Below are positions 13,628-27,069 of a DNA stretch of 64,000 nt, in pieces (the first letter of the stretch is position 1; each line of letters opens with the position of its first letter). The stretch comes from Lama glama (lineage: Eukaryota): the NCBI GenBank assembly GCA_028534125.1, contig CM052817.1:105588001-105652000 (forward strand), written 5' to 3'. Under the pieces are notes generated by a model, which ran no database searches, was not told the DNA's origin, and was given only the letters and a program-made list of their open reading frames with translations. The translations under genes were made by a program, and so were the position numbers.

Positions 13628-16600
13628 TAGTCCTAATCTTTTAAATAATGCCCAGCTTGTGGGAGATATATCTGCTACAAAATGCATTTTAAAAAAAAAC
13701 TAAGGAAAATTTATAGAGAGATAATTGCTTCACAACCACAAACAAATCACAGTGTTTAAAATCAAAATCTTATTACGTAATTAAATAGATTGAGAATTTT
13801 GACAACTAATCACTTTAACAGTAATTGTTGATTCTTATTTTTCTTATCTTTGTCCTTTTGTGCAAGAAGCAGCAGTTACAGTATGATTTAAAGTAAACAA
13901 TATTATAGATAGTTCTGTGATCTGGATGTAACAGTATCCATATTAGTTATCAGCTTTATATTTCTGAATATTCAATGTTTCAGAGAAAAAAATTTAAGAA
14001 GGCTAAAAAAGGTGATTACCAACGAGAAAAGAAGTTGTAAAATATGATCCAATTTTGTTGTCCCTTCAAGGATTTGTTATTTTAATTCTGTTCATTTAGC
14101 AGGGTTTTGGCAAAGGTTGGAGACATATTTTCTTCCTAACAGCATACACTATTAAATGTTAGACAAGGGAATAAAAATGCAATTAATAAAGAACTTTTTT
14201 TTTTTGCTCACTAAAGGAACTTTATGCAGAAGTGTGTGAAATCAAAGTTATGTTAGTGAAGCATGTTGACTGGCAATTGCTTATAAATTACTGCTATTCC
14301 TTCTGCAAAAAAATTCTGTTAATCATAAACAACTCTGGTAAACATTTTTAAACTCACATAACCAGTGTTATGCATATTTATACTGACATTATCATGATTC
14401 ATAAAACCTTTCAATGGGGAAAATGAATTGCAATTTTACTACAGCTTTTATCTAAAAATAATAAACCAGCTCTTGTTCAAAAGAAGATACTGATTCCCTC
14501 CCTGTTTTAGTCATTTCTATTCCACTATGGCATATTTAAGGCTAATTATTTAATTTGAATATGCCTCTGCAAGATCTTTACCAATGAGTCATTGTAAAGA
14601 ATCAGCAGATCTGTACAAGTTTATGGCAGGGGAGATATTTTATTATCTATGCTTCTAGAGTTTATAGCTGTAAGATCTATCTTGACTTACGGCCAGAAAA
14701 AATTGTGACATGGGAAATAAAGACGATCTTCCATGGATTGTCACTATGTGTGTAAGGCAAACTAGAAGAACTTTTATTTTAGAGAGAAACAAGTCAGGAC
14801 AAACACAGTTGCAATGATAACACTGTGACCTTGGCTTCTGTTCTAGGTTAGAGTAATTAGAGGCTGTCTTCTGCCTAATGCTATAGAGTCAATTGCTTGA
14901 GACGAGGTATCAAAGGCATTAGAAGCTGTGGAAGGACAACATGTCTTTCAAAGTCATACTGCAGTACTCACTCCCGGCTAAGGATGACTTAATTCTCTAG
15001 GATGTACCTTTGCGTGTCCATTAACTCCTGATGAGGGCGCCGAATCTGTGAATATGCATGTTAACTTGTACATTAAAAAAAGATGCAAATGACTTCCGTT
15101 CTCTAAAAAAGATAGCTACAAAATAATTGCTTGTTGCCCTGTGGGACACTAACGAGTTTTGTGTTTAACTTAACAAACTTATTACCTCATGCTTGAACCA
15201 AGTGATGCAAATCTCTAGTCCGCCAATGGGCTTTGAATTCGCATTACCATCTTGCTGGTTCTCTCATGAGACAGATGAACCTTTGCCTCACGTTTATTTC
15301 ACACTGATATGAGAATTGTTTTAACCCTTTTAAAATTACGCCTGAACAATGTTTTAAGCTCCAAGCATTTAAAGTTTCTTTAATACTCCAGTTTGATAAG
15401 GGGATAAAATATGCTTTTTCACTTTCTGCAATTTAACTGAACAAAAGACGAAGACATTATTTATACAACGTGGTGATGAAATTAAGTGTTAGGGACAGCT
15501 TTTTTTTTTTTTTTTTGGTGAGAGGAAGGCAGAAGGACCCTAAATATTTTTACTACTTTAAAACATTTAGAGACCTTAACGTAATCCCTGGCCTAAGAGA
15601 GATTTCCACCCATGAAACACTGAAGTCATTGCTGTATTGTTTTCTAGGTAACAGGCTGCTGGCAAGACATAAAATAGCTCTAATTCACAACCTTCTATGT
15701 ACAAGGGAAATAAAAGACATTTCAGCAACTTGCCTTACAAATGTGTAGAAAAATTATGTTAAAGGGCATATACGTCTTTTGATTAATAAGTAAATAGTAA
15801 AAATTTAATAAGATTTTGTTCATTTCCCCTCCCAGAAGCTTTTAAGCTATTTCTCTTGTCCTCGCTTAAATTCCCTTCTTCATTTGCTAATAAATTGTAT
15901 CTTATTATATTTGAATATTTTAGTAATCAAAAAACTGAAAAAAATTTCAAATATATTAGAAGAAGTATATATAACTCCACTGACTATGTCATAGGAGTAT
16001 GTAATATTCACCTTTTAGCTAAAAAATACAAAACAATGGAAAAGAAAATATTTTGTATATCTCAGACTCTTAATGTCAAATACATAAAATATACTTTTCT
16101 TGACACAAATTCAGGGTAGAATATATAAGCTACAATGTATAGAAGAATAGTCAAAATAACACAATTACATTAACCAAAAAAGGTATACATGGTCATGTAC
16201 ACAGAGTAATGTAATTTACCTAGAAATTTACTTAGGAAAGTTGTTTGTCTTTAAATGATGTAAATTTTCAGGACTTGGAAAAAGTACATACCAATATCTA
16301 AATTGTACTTTTAACATTGTCATCATGTTTAGTTGACTCTATTTTCCTTAAAAAAAATGCCCCGATGCAGTGAAATGTCAAGAAGTTAAAGGGTGTTGTT
16401 TTTATTGAAGTTGGAGATGATCTTGCCACATACTAAAATAAGTCTTATATGAACCAGCTATAGCCTCAACATATTTCTAAACTGGAGGAAACTTTAAATG
16501 AGAAACACTAAGACAGAATAAATCAAGACTCAAAGGGGGTGCCTTCTCTGAATTCCCACTTAAATGATGTACTGAAATATCTTATACAGTTTGCTTTAAT

Positions 16601-16794
16601 TACCCCATTTATTCAGGCACCAGTTCAAATTTGAAACTATACTTATTAAATAAGTAGTTATGATATACTTTCAAAATGTTAATTTGTTATTGAAGTTGTC
16701 AAGTCAAAATGCTTTTGTAATTGTACACACCAAAGGAGGCTACGTGGCACTTTGAATCCTAGCTATATTGTTAAATAAATATAGAAACATAGCT

Positions 16795-16933
16795 CTTTTA
16801 ATAAGCTATAATGGAAGAGAATCTTAAAACAAAAAGTACATATATGTATGTTTATGTATAACTGAATCACTTTGCTCTACACCTGAAACTAACATTGTCA
16901 GTCAATTATACTGCAATAAAAAATTAAAAAAAA
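16795..16933 (+). mobile_element. Short L1 3' end
   Basis: ATAACTGAATCACTTTGCTCTACACCTGAAACTAAC plus A-tail; flanked by a near-TSD AGAA(A)CATAGC at about 16783 and 16934. Confidence 0.85.
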
Positions 16934-17249
16934 AGAACATAGCATCAAGCACCAAATTAGTGTTACAAGTCCTGAATACTATGATAGAGGAACAGATAAT
17001 GAATTAGTGGACTAAAAATATTAATGAGGAACTTCAGACTTTAGACTGAGAAGAAACAGAATAATTCTAAAGAAATATTTGGAAACTTTAACTGTAGGGA
17101 CATTCTTAAGAAGGTACAAAAGGACTAATGATACTCAGGGGACACAGAATTGACCAACTCCATTGTTGTACTGCTCTTAGGATAAGGTGCTAGTGAGGAA
17201 TGAGGTTTTCCTGACTAAATCAATACAGAAGAAGGATCTGATCAATTAT

Positions 17250-17640
17250 TAACTTGGACTGTAAGGAATTTATTTAAGTTTTGCTGATTGGTTTGTCATT
17301 AAGCAAATGTGTTATGGAAATGCTGGGAATGATGTGGCATGGAATTTTGTATCAGATTCCTCTTAAGAGAACTGAAGTAGATAGCAAGAGAGGGTCTGTT
17401 TTTTCCACAAGTACCTTTGAAGCAACTCTGTCAACAGATGAGGAAATAGCAAGAACAAAATATGACTCCAAGGCTTGAGTCTTAGTGGCTCAAAGAATGA
17501 TAGAATTATCGGTAAAAAAAGGAAGAATCTTTTGAGTGGGTTTCTTGCTCAGAGTAGAATATAATGTCCACACAAATATGTTGACTTTGATGTGTTACAC
17601 TGACATCCTGTTGAAGGTAGTTTGAAGACACAAGATGTAT
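17250..17640 (-). mobile_element. LINE-2 fragment
   Basis: ATGACTCCAAGGCTTGAG...ATGTTGACTTTGATGTG...GACATCC motifs. Confidence 0.5.
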
Positions 17641-18259
17641 TATCTATCTCTAAAAGTCCTATCTAACCAAAATGTAAAATGATTCATACCTCCCATCACT
17701 GTTATTTACTGTTTCGGAGCTCCTTCAAGTTTCCAGTTATAATTTGAGATCACCAATCCTGAGAGTCAGCTGTATGCTAAGGAATCCACTTCTATCATCT
17801 CATACTTCTGATGGGAAAGAAATCGCCAACCCCAGCTGTCAGACAAGAGAGGCTCGAAGGAAGTAGGTAACTTCAAGGGCTGAGCTGAGCTGCAGGGTCA
17901 TAGACACTGATTGGCACAAAAATCCAAAATGAAAGTAACATACAAGCCTTTGGTCACTGAGTGCAACCATGTAAGCAAAAGGCTACATTAGAGAAAGGGC
18001 TGAGCTCCCACTGTTCCTGATTCCTTGTGAAATAGCACCAGTCCAGGGTCAGGTGGGTCACTTATGGCTAAGAGACGCTGAACAAAAGGACCATGCAGTT
18101 TTATGGACTTGGGGGAGGAAAGGAGGAAGAGTAAGGGTTAGGAGAGCAAAATACTAAACAGTGAGGCTGGGTGGAAGAAGGTGTCTCTACCCCTCACCCC
18201 ATAAAGTGGGCTCAGGATAGCATCGACCATATGTAGGTCTTGATGAAGACACCTCCTAG

Positions 18260-18779
18260 AGTTACCGAGTCCAAACTTGTTTTGCTCAGCCCATGGCAGG
18301 CCAGTAAGTCGGGACATGAGGTGCTGGGGCAATGACTAATGACTATATTCAGAAAGCCAGCAGACCAAGAAGATGGGAGATTCACGTCCTGGAGAATCAT
18401 CTTCCCCAAGACAGAATTCAGGCTCCTTTTATACTAAAAAGGAGAGGGGGTGTGGTTGGTTGGTGCAAGCTTCTTGGTGTCAGAATCCTTTGTTCTTGCA
18501 GCTGTTCAAGTAGGTCAGATTGTGGTGTCCCTGCAAACCTCCAACAAGACAAATGTTACTCCCTGTTCTGCAACTTTTTATCTCTATGTGTATGGGAAAG
18601 TGTTACACCCTTAAAGGTCAGAGCCCTGAGAATGGGCTGCCCTGTATATTTCAGGCTACAGGCAACATTCTTTTACAAAAGGTGCAGAACCAGCATGACT
18701 GAGCACTGGAAACACAGCACAGGGTTAGAGCTGAAGGAAAAGATCTAATATGGAGTCAGACTTGCTTTTCCCTGTTACA
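18260..18779 (-). mobile_element. ERV1-class solo LTR (probably MER41-like), copy 1
   Basis: Minus strand begins TGTAACAGGGAAAAGCAAGTCTGACTCCATATTAG. 4-bp TSD CTAG at 18256-18259 and 18780-18783. TATAAAA on minus strand near 18427-18433. Homologous to 32497-32937. Confidence 0.88.
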
Positions 18780-20294
18780 CTAGTGGAGGTACTTGGGCGG
18801 CTGATGCAGTTGACTTAAGAGCACAGCTGGTCTGAGCATCCCAGGTCCTTGACTGCTACTTACCTCAAAGATGGCGAGGCACTGGCTTTGCACCAAGTCT
18901 GGCGTGAAAAAGGCAGCTTTCAGCTGTGAGGCTTGCCCAGTAAAGCCTCCGTAACTGCCTGTGGTCAGGCCTGAAAGATCACATGTAGGTGTTTGACCAG
19001 GAGCCAGACTCCTCAATAATTTTGGCACAAACTGATTCAAATCAAAACTTAAACCTGTTGGGCTTGAAAAAAAAAATTGTATTTCCTTCTGTTCAAAGAT
19101 GCTGGTCTCATTAAAAACATTTTTAGTAAATGGCTTGTAACTTTGCAGATGTTCCTGTAATCATTTGTAATTTGTTCTATTTCTTACTAATACAATATAT
19201 GTTTGGAAATGTTTGTTGTAACTTGGGATAGAAACTAGAGATGGGGCTAGAGATTTGGTCTTCTAGGCCCAGAAGCCACTTAGAAAAGAAAGGAGGCAGA
19301 AATTCCTTGCACTGGGGTTTCCATTAGACAATCAGAGAGTTCTGCTTGCCTGAATGTACCATAAATGTCACCGATCTCCAGAAATAAAACAAACTTAGAT
19401 TTAACTAATTTTCAGTGAAATAATTTCTACTCTGCCTGCGCTCCTTCACTAAATGCCAAACTCTGTTCACTGGTGAGGTTTCTTCATTCCTATTTTATAA
19501 CCATATCATAAATACCAAAGTGATACCTGCATGGGAAGCTTCCAGGAAATATTATTGAATCGAATATGCTAAGCAGTCAATGGAATATAGAGTTTTGCTG
19601 GAGATCAGTGAGTTTTCTGTCCATCTAGCCGCAGAATAGCATGGCTGTCCCTTAGCAGTCTGGAATCCCGGTCTTAGAAATGAGTAAGTAAGTGACAAAT
19701 TGTAATCTCAGGCTTGAGATTGGCAAGGCCAACCTGATAGGAAGTTTCAAGGAATAAATTACTAATTAGAAGCGGAGGTTTCAGGATGAGATGCATTGTA
19801 AAATTCAAACTTAAACTTCATCGGGATCTAACATTACACTTAACGGAGTAAAGTGATTTCAAATGTCCTTTTTGGCATCTCTCCACACATTAAAACTAAT
19901 ATAGCTCTCATTCATCTTTGGTTAAGCTGAGAAAGTAAAATAATTATACGCTGATATTATGTTATATATACTAACTTTACTTAACATCCTTTTAAACGTG
20001 GAATTTCCATTCATGTTTCCTGTAAGCAGTTTTATCCCTGCAGTCATATTTGTGCTCAGACTATGACATTTATACCATGAGAAAATCTTTAGAGTCATCA
20101 GGGAGTCATTGATTTTTTTTATTGTTTTGTTACAATTTCCCCAAACTAAAATATTCTCCATATCTCAAACATAGACATTATAGATTTTCAAAATAAATCT
20201 GTAAAATTAAAAAAAAAATATGTTAGTGGAATTCACATTTTGGGGTACCTATCCCATGAGAGACACAGTACTAATGTGTTGGATTAAACTGGCT

Positions 20295-20450
20295 CATTCA
20301 AACATGATAAAAATCTTGTGGGAAAGGTGTTTTTTTCCTTATTTATGCATGAGAAAATGAGGCTATGAGACTGATTAACCAGAGTCATATAAAGGAAGCT
20401 AGAAATGAAGCCAGAAATGAAGCCAGATTTGTTGGTTCCAAAGTCCAACC
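20295..20450 (-). mobile_element. MIR fragment with an internal 12-bp tandem duplication (CCAGAAATGAAG)
   Basis: ATGAGAAAATGAGGCT MIR core; duplication visible at about 20399-20426. Confidence 0.6.
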
Positions 20451-23070
20451 ATTGTGTGTGTAGAAATGTTTCCAGGCATGTCTAACTCTGCCTTTTGTAT
20501 TACGTTTGAATTAAAAAATGAGTTATTTTTGTCATGTCGCTCTCATAAAACTATTCCAAAGCCCATGTTGAAGATAGTATCCAGAGAAATTCAATTTTTC
20601 CTTACTAATAATTTGTGTTTCAAATATGAAATCATTCTTTTTTTATACGTAGAGCAGAAATGCTGTTAGTTTAGTCAAATTCACTTAAATTCTCCAGAAA
20701 AAATATTTGATAATATCCAAAGTTATCATGTCAGAAATCCACAGGCTCTCCACTACCTATCAGTATAGCAATAAAAATTAAAATACAGTGAATTATCAAA
20801 AATTAATTCCATATCATTAACCCTTATGATTTTTGAGCTTCTGTATTTTCCACCAAGGCATCTGATGAAAAGACATTTTCTAAAATGATGGTGGAATACT
20901 GGTATTAAAAACTGGTAAACATAGAAACTGGTCAATTTAGCAAGACTTTAAATTAGCATGTGATTAAAAAGGACTTTCCAGAAGGCTGTTACTGCCTTTT
21001 CTGCTGGATATTTCATTCTGCTATTCTATGGGTGAAAATTACCGCGTGCTATTCACAATCACAGAAGAGCTAGAATGGCAAACTGGTACCCCCAGCACCA
21101 GCTGCAGCTGCTGTCATGCTGGCCAGAGGCCCCACGCCGCTCACGTGTTATTCACCACTCCACCTGCTTCTCGGTTTTTTTCTTATCTCGACAACATTGG
21201 ACTACGGCATAGCATTGGCAGTAAAATTCTGTACACAGAAAACATACCCAAATTCAACAATGTCTAGAGAAGGAAAACTGATACAGGTGAAAAAATATCC
21301 ACTAAAGTGCAAAAACAGATTAGGAAAGAGAATTCTTGACTTTACAATAGCAAGACTGTTCTAGACGTTTACTTTGCTGCAGAGTACTAGGTGACATTTT
21401 GGTGGTATTTTGTTTTCTCAAGGAATGCAAAGTTTTCTATTTTGAAAGAGAGGTCTACTAGCACTTTAATATAATGAGCATACAAAAAGTAATGAATTTA
21501 CATAGAAGGATGAAAGTTCTTAATGTGTTATGGTTAAAAAAATTAGACACCTATTGTCGTAAATGTGTACCTCTGTTTATAATATAAAGCAGCTTTTAAT
21601 GGGTATCTATATTTGAGAATCAAAAAAGTACATTATATAGTCATTAACTTTGAAGTGCACATCTTTTTATGTTTTCTAATTATTCTCTAAATTATTATAT
21701 CAGATGATCTCCTAAATTTCAATCTTTAAGGCAAATTGCATTGACATATCTATGGATACATTCATCCAGAGAAAATTTAAAATATCAAAATAAAAGTGCT
21801 TATCTCTGGATTTCCAAATCAGGAGTCATGGAGGCTTTCAAAATTTAGCATGTGATCTTATTAATTTAAGAAAAAGAAAAAAAAGCAAATTTAGTGCATA
21901 AATTACGGAGTAGAGGCCCACACTTCAATTTGGCAGGAATAGGAAATTCAAAATAGGAATAGAATGATTGTTGTTATTTTTTAGTAATTGCTTCAAATGT
22001 ACTTTGTCACTTGGTAATAGCTATCTTATCGCATGTGAGGAAGCATTTATTTTCCCCATTGTCTCTTTTTATATAAAAGTAGTATGTAACCAGTAGTGGA
22101 AATGTTCACTTTTGTCCACCCAGCCCTATAATCTTTTTCCTCACTTAAAATTTCTCTTGAAAACTTAATTGCCTAAGAGCCTATGTGAATTTAATTAAAG
22201 ATGAATAATTTGAAATATATAAGCAAGTCCTTGGGAGTTTTCCCATTTTAGATGTCTCAAATACATGAAATTAAAACTCTCTGGCCAGTGGATGCAAGAT
22301 ATTCTGCACAACGCTGCTCTTAATTAGAGATCCCAGTTAATGAAGAAAAGTAATAGACTTAAGGGAAACAAACAGATATTTGTCATTGACTTAATGATTT
22401 GAATTATCATATCATGCCAGAAATCAGTCATTTTAGGTAAGAAATACACAATACCATGATTTTATTATTTTTATTTTATAAACAATGTGTCACAGTAAAA
22501 AAAGGAATGTACTGGTGAAAGCTGAACCTAAAACTAATGTAGAGTAAAATAGTTATCAAAAATTAAATACCAAATGGTTTTATTGATAATGTAATAAACA
22601 CTTCACTGTTAAATTTTAACAAGCAATCAACAACAAATGATCCATTTAATCAATATGAATGTAATTAATTTGACAAGCAACAATAATCATCATATAATTT
22701 ATGAAGATTTAAAATGTAATACTTCAAATTTAACAATTTTAAATACATGATCATTTGGCAGTCATTTATTTAGTCTAATGCCAAATAAACATTGAAATAA
22801 CAACTAGAATGTATGGAATGAATATATTTTTATGAATAGTGTTAATTAAAAAATAATTTAAAAAAACAAAATTGACCTTATAGTCATATTTTTTGTTATT
22901 TATGTTTGTGCACTTGACAATGAGATGACAATGGTGTTCATGAATATCATAATTTCTAATTGGATTCAATATATTATAAGATAAAAATTGGGCCAAAAAG
23001 TTTAGAAAATTCCCATAGTCAAAAATCAGTACCAGGGACATTGTGCGGATATTAATTTAAAAAAATCAGT

Positions 23071-24802
23071 ACCAGGGACCTCATCAGACTGAGTAGCCAA
23101 GGCACTGTCTGTGTCCTGCCACAGCATTGGGGTGACTCCTGGCCACCCTGGAGAGTAAGCTAAGAGCATCTTGCAGTGTGACCACTCCTTGGGGCCAGGA
23201 GCCAGGAAGCTGAGGGCAAGGAACCCCAGGACTCGAGCTCAGTGTCTTCCAGCTGCCCCAACCATCATGACCCACTTCAACAAGGGCCCTTCCTATGGGC
23301 TGTCTGCCAAGGTCAAGAAAACCTGCTTCCAAGTATGATCATCAGGCAGAAGAAGATCTTCACAGTTGGGTAGAGGAGGTGACAGGCATGAGCTTTGGCA
23401 TTAACTTTCAGCTGGGCTTAAAGGATGGCATCATCCTCTGAGAGCTCATGACCAAGCCACTGCCAGGCTCAGTGAAGATGGTCAATGAGTCCTCAGTAAG
23501 CTAGCCTCAGTTGGAGAATATTGGCAATTTTATTAAAGCTATTCAGGCTTATGGTATGAAGCCACATGACATATTTGAAGCAAATGGTCTTTTTGAGAAT
23601 GGAAACATGACCCAGGTTCAGACTATCCTGGTGGTCCTAGCAGATCTGGCTAAAACAAAAGGATTACATGCAACCATTGACATTGGAGTTAAGTATGCAG
23701 AAAAATAAAGTTGTTTTGATGAAGGAAAATTAAAAGTTGGCCAAAGTATGATTGGTTTGCCAATGGGAACCAACAGATGTTCAAAGCCAAGCAGGCATGA
23801 TAGCCTATGGAACTGGAAAGCATCTTTATGATCCCAAAATGCAAACTGACAAACCTTTTCTGATCAGGCCATGATTAGTGTGCAGATAGGGGCCAAAAAA
23901 GGAGCCAGCCAGGTGGGAGTGTTAGCACTGGGTACCCCAAGAGACAACTATGATCAGAATCTAACATTACAACCAGTGGGCAGCTCGACAATTTCTCTAC
24001 GGATGGGTACCAACAAAATCACTTCCCAGAAAGGAATGAGTGTGTAAAGCTTGGGCAGCAAGTATATGATCTCAAATACTGTGCTGCTCCCACAGAACCT
24101 GTCATTCACAATGGAAGCCAAGGAACAGGAACAAAAGGGTTGGAAATCAGTGGTAATGATTACCAGGCAGAATATGCAGATGAGTAACATGGCACGTACC
24201 ACGATGCCTACCCCAAAGATGACCAATATGGCGACCAAGGCACTGATGCTCAGTTTCACATAGAGGAGCTCAGTATTTAGCCTATTGTTTTAATTCCGTG
24301 AGAACCCAGCTAGCCTTGAACAATTTTTATCTTGTCTTCCTAAAACACTATTATGCTTATTGTACCTAAAAGGAATATTGCCTTACATACATCCCTTTTT
24401 CCTTTTCTGTCTCTTCCCTAAATAGTTGCCATCTAGTGCTGTAACTGTTAATGCTTACAGCATAACCCTAACTCACATATAAAGTCAAAGGAATACTGTG
24501 AAAGGGGAGTACTCTTGAACAGTCAGTACTTTTATTAAAGATCTATGCATTTTTACAATCCTCTACTTAAACTGGTATTTTCAAATAATACAAAGCTTTT
24601 TTTTTTCTCTTTCTTTCTTTTTTTTTTTTTAAAGTTTAGTATCTGGTTTTTACATGGAAGACTAAACTCATGCTTGTATCTAAATGTGGTCTTCACCAGC
24701 TAAATTAAAGATGCATTTTAGAAATTTACATATCAATGTTTCTAAAGTATCATTTGCTAATTTTTAAATAAAGTCCTAACCAGTGTGTAAAAATAAAAAA
24801 AA
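23071..24802 (+). pseudogene. CNN3: Processed (retrotransposed) calponin-3 pseudogene with 5'UTR, whole CDS (about 23267-24253), 3'UTR and poly(A)
   Basis: ATG at 23267 reads [14 protein letters not shown]. Continues without introns through the CH domain ([25 protein letters not shown]), three calponin repeats (MGTN-type) and the acidic tail (YCAAPTEPVIHNGSQGTG). Frameshift near 23320; stops at 23439, 23502, 23706 and 24185; further indels near 23785, 23860 and 24047. AATAAA at 24767-24772, A-tail 24789-24802, TSD AAAAAAATCAGT at 23059-23070 and 24796-24807. Confidence 0.97.
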
Positions 24803-25079
24803 TCAGTGCTAGATATAACCCAAAGTACAACTGTGTGTGTGTATTTAAATATAATTTTAATTACCCCTCCTTGTGCTTGATATGTCTTTTGAGGATATCA
24901 GAAAACTTTAGAAATAAAACTAGGATGAGACTGAGATTTTCTACCTCAGAAATCTATTCATAAATCTAAACAAATAAATCTTTAGTTGCTGATATAAATA
25001 TCTCCCCTATTGAAGACATAAGTGCATTATTTAGATGCATTCTTACTTGACACTTTGTTGAAACTTCTCCATTATTTTG

Positions 25080-25650
25080 CCCTGAGATTGTTGAACCCTG
25101 ACATTGTTCTTTTATTTCCTACCTCTCAGCATTTATTTCTTTTTAAGAAGCTCCTCAAAACTCCAGTGCAATCTTGAATGAAGTGGTGAAAATGGGAATT
25201 TTTCTCTTCTTACAGATCTCAAAAGGAGACTTTTGGAGTTTGACCCTTAAGTATGATGTTTATTCTAGGTGTTTTGTGTTGTCTGTTGGCAGACAAAGGA
25301 TGCTTATTTTATTCTGAGTGTGCTAAAAAAAAGTCATTCTCATCAATGATTCTTTTCTATCCCATGTGGTATATCTTCTGAATTTCTGGAATGGTCTTGA
25401 GAATTTTCTCTTTTAATCTTTTACTGTAGTTAGTTGATTTTTATGATATACACCAATGTTGGTTTCCTGGATAAAGGAAATTTGGCCATGATATATTGAT
25501 ATGGCCAAGATACTCCTTATTAGATTGAAGCCGTTATCGTCTGCTTTAATACATCGTGAATTTTACCATGAATTAGAGTTGAAAATTGTCAAATGTTTTG
25601 TTCTCATCTGTTAAGGTGATCGTACTATTCTGTTAATTTAGTAGAATACA
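25080..25650 (-). mobile_element. Old L1 ORF2 (RT region) fragment
   Basis: TTGAATGAAGTGGTGA...TCTCAAAAGG...TTAAGTATGATGTT...GTTGAAAATTGTCAAATG resemble antisense ORF2. Confidence 0.65.
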
Positions 25651-25680
25651 TTGTTCAGTTTTCAAGGACAAAACTACCTC

Positions 25681-25860
25681 CTCCAATCAAAAGACATAGA
25701 AAGACTGAGTGGATACAAAAGTAAGACTTATCTGTATGCTTTTTATGAGAGACTTGTTTCAGATATAAAAATACACACAGACTGAAAGTGAGAAGATGGG
25801 AAAAGGTAGTCCGTGCAAGTGGAAACCCAAAGGAAGCTGGAGTAGCAATGCTTATGTCAT
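25681..25860 (+). mobile_element. Isolated internal L1 ORF2 endonuclease fragment
   Basis: Translates as PIKRHRKTEWIQK*D...ETCFRYKNTHRLKVRRWEKVVRASGNPKEAGVAMLMS, the ORF2 N-terminus. Confidence 0.85.
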
Positions 25861-25894
25861 CAGGCCCATTATTTCTCACTAGAGGTGACATGTA

Positions 25895-26830
25895 ATCTTT
25901 TATCCTCAGCCTGCTTTAAATATTTTCCTTTTATCTTTTAATTTCAGTAGTTTGACTATGATATATCTAGGTAATAATTTCCTTGGAGCTACCCAATCTC
26001 AGTATTGTTAAATGTCTTAGATCCATAGGTTGATATCTTCCAAATGTGAGCTAATAATTAAGTATTTTTTTCTAGGCATATTTTCTCTCTTCCTTCCTTT
26101 GGTGGTACAACAGAATATATTTTAACACTGATGGTTTTTCATAGGTCTCCAAAACTTTGTTAGCTTTTCCTTAATACTTTTCTCTTTATCTTTCAGATAG
26201 CATAAATTCTGTTTATCTAAGGTCAAGTTTACTGACACTTTCTAATGCCATCATCATCATGGTGCTAAATACATTCAATGATATTTAATTTTATTTTTTG
26301 ACTTTTCAGCTCTAAAATTTTTAATTTGGATATATAATGTACACAATATTTAATATATAATATATAAGTATGTTATATATTGTGATATATATTTATATTA
26401 TATATTAAGTATATAATACAATAGATAATAGTATACATTATTATATATAGGCTATATACTACATTTTATATAGTTTTTAGCTGAAATCTCTTTAATCCTT
26501 ATTTGTATTTTTTAATCAAGTTCTTAATACTATTTATAATATCCTATTTAAAGTCCTTGTTTACTTACTGCAACAGCTAAGTCATCTAATGGTCAGTTTT
26601 TATTGAGTACTTTTTTTTCTCTTTCTCTTGATTTTGGTGAAATTTTCCTGCTTGTCTATATGGTTGATTTTTAATTGGATATTGGACAAGAAGAACAAAA
26701 TAGTATAGATAATCTGGATTATTTTTTTCTTCCTTTGAAGGGTGTTCAATCTTATTGTAGTAGGCACGTAACTTGATTGGACTCCAATTCCAGAGTCTCC
26801 TGCCTTGGGCAGTCGTGGAAAAATTCTACT
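25895..26830 (-). mobile_element. Old L1 ORF1-region fragment with an internal (TA)n tract (about 26330-26470)
   Basis: TTTCAGTAGTTTGACTATGATATATCTAGG and TCAAGTTTACTGACACTTTCT motifs. Confidence 0.65.
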
Positions 26831-27069
26831 CAGTTTCCCCTATTCAAGCATAGTCCAGAATGGAAGATATTAAAGGAGCTTAGATGCTGGAAGACAAGAC
26901 AGTTGGTTACATGATGCAACTGAGACAACGTGGGATGGCATGTATTATTGAAGTGCTGAAAACAGGGGATTTAAGAAAGAGTTGATATTAATTTCAGGAA
27001 AATACAAAAAGTCAAAATTAAGGCAATTGCAGTGAGGAAAGATTTTCTTTTGTCTTCTCAATTTTGCCT

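Noticed and set aside
14580..14700. AP-1 site (TGAGTCA, 14585-14591) and HOX-like TTTATGG motifs in unique sequence
   Set aside because: Isolated short motifs are expected by chance, and conservation cannot be judged from this sequence alone.
18138..18748. ORFs similar to the one at 32452-32757
   Set aside because: The similarity comes from two copies of the same non-coding LTR.
23511..23708. Calponin-like ORF as a functional gene
   Set aside because: It is a fragment between premature stops of a processed pseudogene and starts at TTG, not ATG.
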